From Candidatus Limicola stercorigallinarum (GTDB taxonomy: Bacteria > Actinomycetota > Coriobacteriia > Coriobacteriales > Coriobacteriaceae), in contig DVID01000001.1 in assembly GCA_018711625.1 (NCBI GenBank), positions 4,610-68,609 on the forward strand: DNA of 64,000 nucleotides, given 5' to 3'. The position numbers and the translations under genes are program-made. Of this stretch, positions 48,235 through 58,027 are shown in pieces. The first letter of the stretch is position 1. Each line of letters opens with the position of its first letter. The notes under the pieces are model-generated. The model was not told the DNA's origin and ran no database searches. It was given only the letters and a program-made list of their open reading frames with translations.

Positions 48235-49188
48235 ATACACCTCTTGCAGCTGCGTGCGATCGAGGTGCGTGTAGATCTGCGTTGTGGAGATGTCCGCATG
48301 GCCCAAGATCTCTTGCAGCACGCGCAAATCGGCCCCGCCCGCAAGCATATGGGTCGCAAAAGAATGGCGGAGGGTATGGGGATGAAGCCCTTCAATTCCC
48401 ACAAAGCGGCCGTACCGCTCGCAGAGCGCGTGCACCGATTGGCGGGAAATACGTCCGCCGCGGTTGTTGAGAAACACCGCCGCCCCAGCACCGCCCCGCG
48501 CATGGCTCGCAAGCTCCTCGCGCGGCGCCGCAAGGTAGGCAGCCAGCGCGTCGTGCGCCGAGCCCACAAGCGGCACCACACGCTCCTTTGAGCCCTTGCC
48601 CACCACGCGCACATACTCGTCTGCCAGATAACAATCATGAAGGTCAAGGCCGGTGAGCTCGCTTACGCGCAAGCCGCAACCATAGAGCATCTCAAGAATC
48701 GCACGGTCACGCGCTCCCGCCGCCGTCGCGGGAAATACCTGCTCAAGCAGGGCGCGCGCCTCGTCGATGGAAATCACATCGGGCAGATGCTCTGCCTTTT
48801 TGGGAAGGCGCACCGAAGCCGCAGGATGCGTCTGCGCCCTCCCCTCGCGCACCAAGAAGCGATGAAACCCCTTAACAGCCGAAAGTGCTCGCTCAATGGA
48901 TGCGTCCGAATAACCGCCCGTGCGGCGCTCGGCAACAAACGCCTCGATATCGGCGCGGGTCACATCGTCCGCACGCACCTTGCCCCGCTCGGCCATGAAC
49001 GCACCATAGGTGGCAAGGTCGCGCCGGTAGCCATCGATAGTGTTGTTGGAAAACCCGCGCTCCACGGACAGGTGGTCCAGATAGAGCGCAGCGTCGATTT
49101 CCAGCGGGGTCGCAGAAGGGGCATCCCCCCGCGCGGCCTTATCCGCACGAGGGGACACCGGTTGTTGATGATGAGACGTTGAGGCCAC
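48211..49188 (-). CDS. xerD: Site-specific tyrosine recombinase XerD
   Basis: [69 protein letters not shown]. Confidence 0.9.
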   Translation of the reverse strand: MASTSHHQQPVSPRADKAARGDAPSATPLEIDAALYLDHLSVERGFSNNTIDGYRRDLATYGAFMAERGKVRADDVTRADIEAFVAERRTGGYSDASIERALSAVKGFHRFLVREGRAQTHPAASVRLPKKAEHLPDVISIDEARALLEQVFPATAAGARDRAILEMLYGCGLRVSELTGLDLHDCYLADEYVRVVGKGSKERVVPLVGSAHDALAAYLAAPREELASHARGGAGAAVFLNNRGGRISRQSVHALCERYGRFVGIEGLHPHTLRHSFATHMLAGGADLRVLQEILGHADISTTQIYTHLDRTQLQEVYLAAHPRA

Positions 49189-49196
49189 GCGCTCCC

Positions 49197-51014
<1,818 letters not shown>

Positions 51015-51220
51015 CTATTGCCGAGATTCGCGCCAGCCTTACCTCTACGGCCTCTCGGTCTTGTTGGTATGCCGAACTCGCCGCGTTGGTGTGGACTTTG
51101 TCAAAAACAGCGGTCCGTTTGGAGAGAAAACGGGCTTTTGGCATACCAAAGAGCGAAGTGAGCCATACCGCAGCTGAATCTGCGGACAAGACGGCGTGCA
51201 CAACGAGCCCTCAAGTAGCG

Positions 51221-51415
51221 TCATGATCCCCAAACGAGCAGCATCCCGATCAAAAACACCGCCACAGCAAGGCACATGAGCGCACATCCGCAACTGCAGC
51301 CGCCCGAATCGTCACTCGTGCCGCCGCCTCCGCCGCGACTACGTCGCATGGCTTCAACGGCAACCTGCCCCTCGATGGGGCCCACGTGGCCGTCGTTGTT
51401 AATATCAGGAACCAT
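51221..51415 (-). CDS. Small hypothetical membrane protein (64 aa, CSCGC motif before the TM helix)
   Basis: ORF with a Gly/Ser linker and a C-terminal hydrophobic helix; weak RBS. Confidence 0.45.
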   Translation of the reverse strand: MVPDINNDGHVGPIEGQVAVEAMRRSRGGGGGTSDDSGGCSCGCALMCLAVAVFLIGMLLVWGS

Positions 51416-51612
51416 AGAACCCGCCTAGGTGGTAGCTGCAGAGCAGCAACGAGGAGTCGAGGCGCCCGTTACCGCCCGCACATCGGCCAGGGCCTCGGGT
51501 AACGCGCCACGGAGCGTTGGCATCCCCTGATTCTACACGAGATGCACATTTGCCAACATACGAACAGCGTGCCGCCGGCATCGCCCAATCACGCCTGTGA
51601 CATGATAGCGCT

Positions 51613-51800
51613 AGGCCCAATGACGAGCTGTCGCTAAAAGAAATCAAGCGGCTTTTCGCTGACACCTACCGGAGGATGACGCCTTCGAGATGACAGAGGA
51701 GTCGGTGGAAAGACCTTCCTCCTTCTAAGAAGAAGCGTTGGTGGACGCGATCTTCATGAATGTGTATCGCGTGCTTGAGGAGGCGAGCAACATCATAGTT
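51613..51800 (+). pseudogene. Degraded fragment resembling the N-terminus of a HepT/DUF86 HEPN ribonuclease toxin
   Basis: Reads RPNDELSLKEIKRLFADTYRR / frameshift / DDAFEMTEESVERPSSF* EEALVDAIFMNVYRVLEEASNI; the last segment resembles the DUF86 DAxxxNxxxxxEAxxxI helix. No R-x4-H segment follows. Confidence 0.35.
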
Positions 51801-51863
51801 GACGTTTGGCGCCCGCAATTGCTTCTCACCGGGCGCCGATAGCTGCGTGGGCACGCAAAGAAA

Positions 51864-51901
51864 CGCCTCCCTTGGCCGAGACGCATCGGCCAAGGGAGGC
51901 G
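51864..51901 (-). terminator. Terminator after the SLH protein gene
   Basis: 16-bp stem cgcctcccttggccga / tcggccaagggaggcg followed by TTTCTTT on the minus strand. Confidence 0.8.
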
Positions 51902-51942
51902 AAATAATCACCGGTGCCATCACGCGGGGCCCCGCGCGGGGG

Positions 51943-54534
51943 TCACGCCATGCGCATGAGCACGGTGGCGAGCTGGGCGCGGGAGAGCACGCCGCCCGGG
52001 GCGAGGGTGCCGCCGCCGAGGCCGGAGAGGACGCCCTCTCCCACGGCCCACTCGAGGGCGGGCACGGCGTAGGAGGAGGCGTCGTCCCCGTCGGGGTACC
52101 CGGAGAGGTCGCCCGAGCCCCCGGGCTCGCCGGCGGCGCGCCAGAGGATGGTGGCGAGCTGCTCGCGGGTCACGGGGTCCTCGGGGCCGAAGTTGGCGCC
52201 GTCGCCGTAGCCCTCGACGATCCCCTGCTCGGCCGCCCACGCCACGGCCTCGGCGTAGAAGGCCCCCGGGTCGCAGTCGGCGAAGCTGGGGCCGCCCTCG
52301 GCCTCGGGCTCGCCCGCCTGGCGCCAGAGCACCGTGGCGAGCTGGGCGCGGGAGAGGGCGCCCTCCGTGCCGAACGCGCCGGAGCCGTCCCCGTAGCCCG
52401 CCATGAGGCCCGAGAGCCACGCCCACCGCACGGCCTCGGAGTACCACTCGCCCTCGATGGCGTCCGGGAAGGGCAGGGCGTGGCTGCGGGAGTCGAGCGC
52501 CACGAGCCACTCCGAGGCGTGGTCGATCGGCAGGCGCGCCGCGCCCCCGCCGTCGACCCGCGCGGACGCCTCGTACCCCAGCGACCCGGCCTCCTCGTCG
52601 TAGCGGTAGAGGTTGGCGACGAGCCCCGCGGCGTCCTTTCCTAGCGGCGCCACGAGCGTGAGCTCGAAGCCGAAGGGGCCGTCGTGCCCGAGCGACACCT
52701 GCACGGAGCCGGACTCGCCGGTGACGAGGTTCACCACGTCCGCGGGGATGGCGTCGCCGCCGAGCGAGGCGCCCAGGTCGGTGTCGCCGTGCCCCGCGCC
52801 CTCGGGCACGTCCCCGCCGTAGATCTCCCAGGAGACGCCGCCGCCCATGTCGAGCGCGAGCGTCACGTCGCGGCCGGCGAGCTCGTCCAGCACCTCGCCG
52901 GGCAGCACGGTCTTGCCGTCCATGTCCACCGTGACCGTGGACCCGGGCTCGGCGCCCACGATGTCGTCCGCCACGTCGCCCCAGTCGGGCCCGGTCGGGC
53001 GCGGCGGAATATAGACACCCGTGACGGTCACCAGACAGGTTGCCGTCATGCCACCATCCGCAGTGGTGACGACAATAGTGGCAGTGCCGGGCGACACGGC
53101 GGTCACGTTGCCGCTGCTGTCCACCGTGGCAACGGACGAGTTATCGCTCGTCCACGTCACGTTCTTGTTGGTGGCGTTGGCGGGAGCCACCGTAGCCGTG
53201 AGGGCGAGGGTGTTGGGGGTACCGTTGTAGTACAGGTGCGCCTGAGTCTGGCTGAGGGTCACTCCGGTGACAGAAACCGTCGCAGCAGTCACGGTGACGG
53301 TGCAGACGGCTTTTTCTTCGCTGCCGTCCGCAACGGTGACGGTGATGGTAGCTGTGCCCGCGCTCACGGCGATCACTTTGCCGCTTGTGTCTACCGTGGC
53401 GACACCGGGGGCGCTGCTTTCCCAGGTCACGGATTTTTCGGTGGCGTTGTCCGGCGTTATAGTGGAGATAAGGGTTTCTTCGTCGCCCACATCAAGGGTC
53501 AAGCTGGTCTTGTTCAGCTCAACTTTGGTGACTTTGTAAATCACGCTGTCGCCCAAACTTTCCGCAAGGCTCTCGCCCAGCGTGCCGCCATCCACGATTA
53601 CCTTGTGGCCATTGGCGTCCAGACTTGCTCCATCGCCCGGCGTCAGGCTCTCGTCCTCGCCGATGGTCAAATTCTCCTGCAAGGTCGCATCGCCGTACAC
53701 GGTGCCGGTGCCGTTATCAAAGACGATACCAACACTGTCATCAGCAGGGGAAACTTTCTTGAGATCTTGTAGCAATCCGGCACCGATCCCACCCCCTCTT
53801 GCGTCCACGATGGCACTGTTGCTGATGGTTAAGGTCGTAGTATTAGGAACGGTACCACTGCCGCTAGAATCATATAGAATCCCTGGAGACCCGCTGGCAG
53901 TCAGGCTGCCGCCATCCACAGTCAGAGCGGCGGTCGAACTATTGCTGGATTGCACATTGACACCATAACTGGTCCCCGTTGCTTCAACCTTGGCGTTCTG
54001 GATAAACAAAGCGGCATCGCCGTTGTTGCTCTGAACCCAGATTCCTGGATTACTAGAGCCGCTGGCATCCAGACTGCCGCCGCTTTCGCTTGTGATGGTC
54101 AGGGTGGCTTCGCCAGTAGAACTGGCCAACACATAGATCCCCTTGCCGACCTCTGCGATTGTATTGGTGCCCTCCAATGTGATGGTCAACTCCGCAGCGC
54201 CGTTCTGATTGTGCACGCCAATGGCAGCGCCAGCGACATAAGTGCTGGTATTTAAGGGTACTTCCTCTTTAATCGTGGCGTTGTGCAAGGTCAGGGTATT
54301 ATTCGCTACGTCATAATGGATATAGTTGTCCGTCGGTGTGTCTCCGCTTGTGTATGCGGTGACATTTCCATCACTGTCCGTTGTCCAGTAGCCGGTAGAA
54401 GAGATTTTTACACCGCCGACATAAATCACCTGGTAATCCGGCGCAGCCGCCAGCGCCGTGGCGGGGAGCATCGTCAGGAACATCATCATCGTCGCCAGAA
54501 GCGCGCCGACCTTCCACCACGTTCTTCTCGCCAT
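51943..54534 (-). CDS. Secreted S-layer-homology (SLH) anchored surface protein: signal peptide, beta-rich passenger, two Big_2 Ig-like domains, linker domain, three SLH repeats
   Basis: Signal MARRTWWK...ALA; two VTxVxL...VTWxSS...VATVD.SG.V.AVS.GTATI repeats; three repeats of type WYSEAVRWA...G...SRAQLATVL. Confidence 0.88.
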   Translation of the reverse strand: MARRTWWKVGALLATMMMFLTMLPATALAAAPDYQVIYVGGVKISSTGYWTTDSDGNVTAYTSGDTPTDNYIHYDVANNTLTLHNATIKEEVPLNTSTYVAGAAIGVHNQNGAAELTITLEGTNTIAEVGKGIYVLASSTGEATLTITSESGGSLDASGSSNPGIWVQSNNGDAALFIQNAKVEATGTSYGVNVQSSNSSTAALTVDGGSLTASGSPGILYDSSGSGTVPNTTTLTISNSAIVDARGGGIGAGLLQDLKKVSPADDSVGIVFDNGTGTVYGDATLQENLTIGEDESLTPGDGASLDANGHKVIVDGGTLGESLAESLGDSVIYKVTKVELNKTSLTLDVGDEETLISTITPDNATEKSVTWESSAPGVATVDTSGKVIAVSAGTATITVTVADGSEEKAVCTVTVTAATVSVTGVTLSQTQAHLYYNGTPNTLALTATVAPANATNKNVTWTSDNSSVATVDSSGNVTAVSPGTATIVVTTADGGMTATCLVTVTGVYIPPRPTGPDWGDVADDIVGAEPGSTVTVDMDGKTVLPGEVLDELAGRDVTLALDMGGGVSWEIYGGDVPEGAGHGDTDLGASLGGDAIPADVVNLVTGESGSVQVSLGHDGPFGFELTLVAPLGKDAAGLVANLYRYDEEAGSLGYEASARVDGGGAARLPIDHASEWLVALDSRSHALPFPDAIEGEWYSEAVRWAWLSGLMAGYGDGSGAFGTEGALSRAQLATVLWRQAGEPEAEGGPSFADCDPGAFYAEAVAWAAEQGIVEGYGDGANFGPEDPVTREQLATILWRAAGEPGGSGDLSGYPDGDDASSYAVPALEWAVGEGVLSGLGGGTLAPGGVLSRAQLATVLMRMA

Positions 54535-54660
54535 ACGACACCGTCCCTTCCGCCTGCGCCGCAATGCGGGCGCGAAACGCAGCTTGACCTCCCCATTGTT
54601 GTTTAGGAGCTGAGGAGGGCCTCTACCCGGCGAGACGGTGGGTTTGGGGAGGGTCGCGCC

Positions 54661-55880
54661 CTACGAGAGCAGAAAGCGGCCGAGCTCCTTGCGGCTGCTC
54701 ACGCCGAGCTTCTTCAGGGACTTGGAGATGCACTCCTTCACGCGGTTGACCGAGATGCCCATGTGCGCCGCGATCTCGGCGTTGCTCCACCCGCGCGCCG
54801 CGAGCATGCAGGTCGCGAACTCGGTGGTGGTGAGGTTGTCGGCCACGTCGTCGCCGGTGGCGGGGTTGTGAACGCGGCGCCATCCGGCGGAGAAGCGGTA
54901 GGTGATGTCGATGATGCGGCGGAAGTCGTCGGGCCAGGCGGGCTTGATCGCCGCCTCGAGCATGCCGCCGAGGAGGCCGTGGTGCTCGGCCAGCGGCTCG
55001 ATCAGGCCGTCGGGGCGGGCGAGGTCCCAGGCCGCCAGCAGGTGCTCGCGCGCCTCGTCCGCGCGGCGCCGCGCCATGAGGTCCATGACGGCGACGAGGT
55101 GCAGGTAGATGGCGGGGATGGGATAGGAGTCCTCCTGCATGGCGAAGGCGCCCAGCACCAGGCCCAGGCTCGTCTGGTGCTCGCCCTCCAGATAGAGGCG
55201 GTGCGCCTGCACGTAGCAGGCGAAGAGCCTCAGGCCCGGCGGCAGGAGGGGCAGCGCCTCGCCCGCGGGCGGCAGGCCCTCGGGCTCGGGGATGTGCAGA
55301 AGCACGCTCGCCGTGCGCGCCACGAACGACGCCGCGGCGGCCGCCTCAGGGGAGGACCCCCCCCGATGGGCTTCTCGATGCCGGCGCGGGCGCGCGCGAG
55401 GGCGGAGCGGGCGTCGTTGATGCGGTCGAGGGCGAGGCTCGCGTACGCGCAGATGAGGCAGGCCGAGAGGCGCGCTCCTGCGTCCTCGCTCGCAAGGAGC
55501 GGACGCGCGAGGGCGGCCGCCCGCGCGGCGTCGCCGGTGAAGTAGGCGAGCTCGGCCAGCGCCACGTCGCGGCGCGGGCCCTCGGGGAGCGACTCCGCGT
55601 ACTCGCGGGCATGGCCGGGGGCAAAGGGCGCGTTCATGAGGGGCATGAGGGTGTCGCACGACCCCTGCCGGCGCCGGGGGACCGGGGGCCTCTCGTCCCC
55701 GGGGGCCGCCTCGTTGCGGGAGCGCCGCAGGTCGGCGGGCTTGACGGCGCCCTCCGGCACGCGCCAGACGCGGCCCACGCGCTCGGCTCCCGGGACGCGA
55801 CCATGAGCGCACATGAGCTGCACGGCGCGCGGCGTCACGTGCCAGCGGCGCGCCGCCTCCGCGGCAGAGATGAACTCCAT
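54661..55880 (-). pseudogene. HTH (excisionase-like N-terminus) + C-terminal LuxR HTH regulator, frameshifted in a G8 tract (plus-strand C8 at 55357-55364)
   Basis: Frame A: MEFISAAEAARRWHVTPRAVQLMC...IEKPIGG; frame B continues SSPEAAAAASFV...LTTTEFATCMLAARGWSNAEIAAHMGISVNRVK. G9 or G6 joins them (G9 gives 406 aa). Confidence 0.85.
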
Positions 55881-55994
55881 GTGGCACCCCCATTCACATA
55901 CATCGATAGCTTACCAGAGCCGCACCGGGGCATTCCTTCGCTCGTGCGAAGACTTGGACAGGGATTTTGGGAAGTTTTTTGCGCTGGACGGCGG

Positions 55995-56221
55995 CAGGCG
56001 GCGCGGAGGTCGCAGATTACTACGGGCTCGACCTCTCGTCCGTGACCCGCGCGTTCTACAAGCAGATGGTCAACACTCGGCGCATCCCGCTCACGTTCGC
56101 CCCGGAGGAGCCCAACGAGGAGAGCCTCGCCGCAATCGCTGAGGGGGACGCCTTTCTTGCGTCCGGCCAGAGCGGACGATTTGCGAACGGTCACGACCTG
56201 ATAGAGGCGGCGACGGCCTGA
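55995..56221 (+). pseudogene. RelB/DinJ-like antitoxin lacking its N-terminus
   Basis: AEVADYYGLDLSSVTRAFYKQMVNTRRIPLTF...EPNEESLAAIAE; no convincing start or RBS, and the DNA-binding strand is missing. Confidence 0.65.
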
Positions 56222-56262
56222 TGGCCAGGCTCGCCGCCGACTTCTCGTCTGCCTTGAAGCCG
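56221..56262 (+). pseudogene. First ~13 codons of a putative RelE/YafQ-like toxin, then truncated
   Basis: TGATG coupling to the antitoxin stop; MARLAADFSSALK followed by unrelated lower-GC sequence. Confidence 0.4.
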
Positions 56263-56294
56263 CCCTCTTCCTGGAATTGCGGCCCCCTTTGCAT

Positions 56295-56362
56295 AGTTGC
56301 GGCTCCTATATGTCAATCACAGCCGAAAATCGGCGTTTGGATGACATATAGGAGCCGCAACT
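56295..56362. repeat. 21-bp perfect inverted repeat forming a 68-nt hairpin
   Basis: agttgcggctcctatatgtca (56295-56315) / tgacatataggagccgcaact (56342-56362); inner gccga/tcggc stem. Confidence 0.9.
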
Positions 56363-56551
56363 CACCTGTGGCAGCAGGCTTCGAGGGGTGTAGACCAATT
56401 ATCATGGCGTCAAGCCTCCGATTGAGAAATCCACAATGAAAGTGGCGGAAAATCCTCAATGCTTTTGTCGTAAAATCATCAATAAGTATTTGGGGAAATC
56501 CCCAGAGGGACAGAACCCTTGCCACAGGAAGACCAGTGATAGAGGGGTATC

Positions 56552-57862
56552 ATGACGTCAACGAAGGACATCAGGCCCGAGGGCTACATCCCTCGCATAG
56601 TGGACGCAAAAGTCGAGCGGTTCCTTCGCGTGTTCGGCGCCGTCGAAATCGCAGGGACCAAGTGGTGCGGCAAAACATGGACTGCGCTTGAGCACGCCCA
56701 AAGCGTAAGCTACGTGGATACCTCGCTTGCCCTTGCACGGGATGACCCCTCGGCGATGCTTATTGGCGAGCGACCACACGTCATCGACGAGTGGCAACGC
56801 GTGCCGGCAATATGGGATGTTGTACGGCACGAGGCCGATCGCGTGCGTGGCCTCAGAGGCGCATGGATACTCACGGGCTCTTCGACCCCTCTCCCAAGGG
56901 ATGCGAAAAGTCCGGACGAGCAGCCCAGCCACAGCGGCGCGGGCAGGATCGGCCAGGTGAGGATGCGTCCGATGACCCTCTCTGAATCGAGAGATTCCAC
57001 GCGTGCCGTATCCCTCTCTGGGCTCTTCCGCGGCGAGTTCGCACCTTCCCAAGTTGAGACAAGCGCGACGAAACTCGTTGACCTCGCCTGTCGAGGGGGC
57101 TGGCCGGAAGCCGTCGACCTTTCCGCCGAGGACGCCCAACTCATCGCTCGAGAATACCTGCGGCTGCTGCGCCGTGAGAGCATCCCCAAGCAGGGCAAGC
57201 GCGGAGACGTAGCGGAACGCCTGCTCTTTTCGCTTGCTCGCAACCTCGGTCAGTCTGCCACCTACAAGACCCTCATTGCGGACATGAGCGACGCCTCGGC
57301 AGCGGGCATGGTCTCTGAGAACACGCTCGTATCCTACCTTGCGCTACTCAAGAGCATGTACCTGCTCGAGGAGGTGCCCGGCTGGCAGCCTCCGGCGCGA
57401 GCGGCCGGTCGCGTGCGCACCAAACCTAAGCGCTACCTGGCCGATCCATCCCTTGCCGTGGCCGCGCTGGGAATGTCGCCTTCGGCCCTGCTCGACGACT
57501 GGCAGACGTTTGGGATGGTGTTCGAGGCCATGTGTATGCGTGACCTGATGGTCTATGCCGACGCACTCGACAGCGCAGCAGACGTGCCGGTGCGTTACTA
57601 TCGCGACGACTCAGGCCTTGAGGCCGACGCTGTGGTCGAGCTATCCGACGGACGGTGGGCCGCCTTCGAGTTCAAGGTTAGCGAGGCGCGCACGGAGCAG
57701 GGCGTGGCGAGCCTCCGGCGCCTGCGGGAGCGCGTCTGCTCCAACCCCTCCGCCCGAATCCGTCCGCCCGAGTTCATGGCAGTCGTCACAGGGGTGTCCC
57801 ACTACGCACGGCGCGTGGAGGACGACATCTACGTAGTGCCTCTGGCAGCGCTTACGGCATAG
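56552..57862 (+). CDS. AAA_14-type ATP-binding protein with C-terminal DUF4143 domain
   Basis: YIPRIVD, AGTKWCGKTWT P-loop, HVIDEWQ Walker B, ILTGSS, RMRPMT, KRYLADPS, YYRDDSGLEADAVV...FEFK. Confidence 0.85.
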   Translation: MTSTKDIRPEGYIPRIVDAKVERFLRVFGAVEIAGTKWCGKTWTALEHAQSVSYVDTSLALARDDPSAMLIGERPHVIDEWQRVPAIWDVVRHEADRVRGLRGAWILTGSSTPLPRDAKSPDEQPSHSGAGRIGQVRMRPMTLSESRDSTRAVSLSGLFRGEFAPSQVETSATKLVDLACRGGWPEAVDLSAEDAQLIAREYLRLLRRESIPKQGKRGDVAERLLFSLARNLGQSATYKTLIADMSDASAAGMVSENTLVSYLALLKSMYLLEEVPGWQPPARAAGRVRTKPKRYLADPSLAVAALGMSPSALLDDWQTFGMVFEAMCMRDLMVYADALDSAADVPVRYYRDDSGLEADAVVELSDGRWAAFEFKVSEARTEQGVASLRRLRERVCSNPSARIRPPEFMAVVTGVSHYARRVEDDIYVVPLAALTA

Positions 57863-58027
57863 GGCTCGCTGCGGGGCAGGCGCCCGCAGCGATCGCCCAC
57901 CCCGCAGCAAAACGGGTAGGGGCACGCCCCGAAGACCGGACGCTCCCCTACCCGTCACGTTGTCGTTGGCTCTCGCGTGCCGAGGCGTCCGTCTGCCCCG
58001 GCGCTTCCCTGCCAGCCTGTCGCCGCG

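Noticed and set aside
48211-49188. Phage/ICE integrase marking a prophage
   Set aside because: The sequence fits chromosomal XerD and follows pyrG as in other Actinobacteria; no phage or conjugation genes are nearby.
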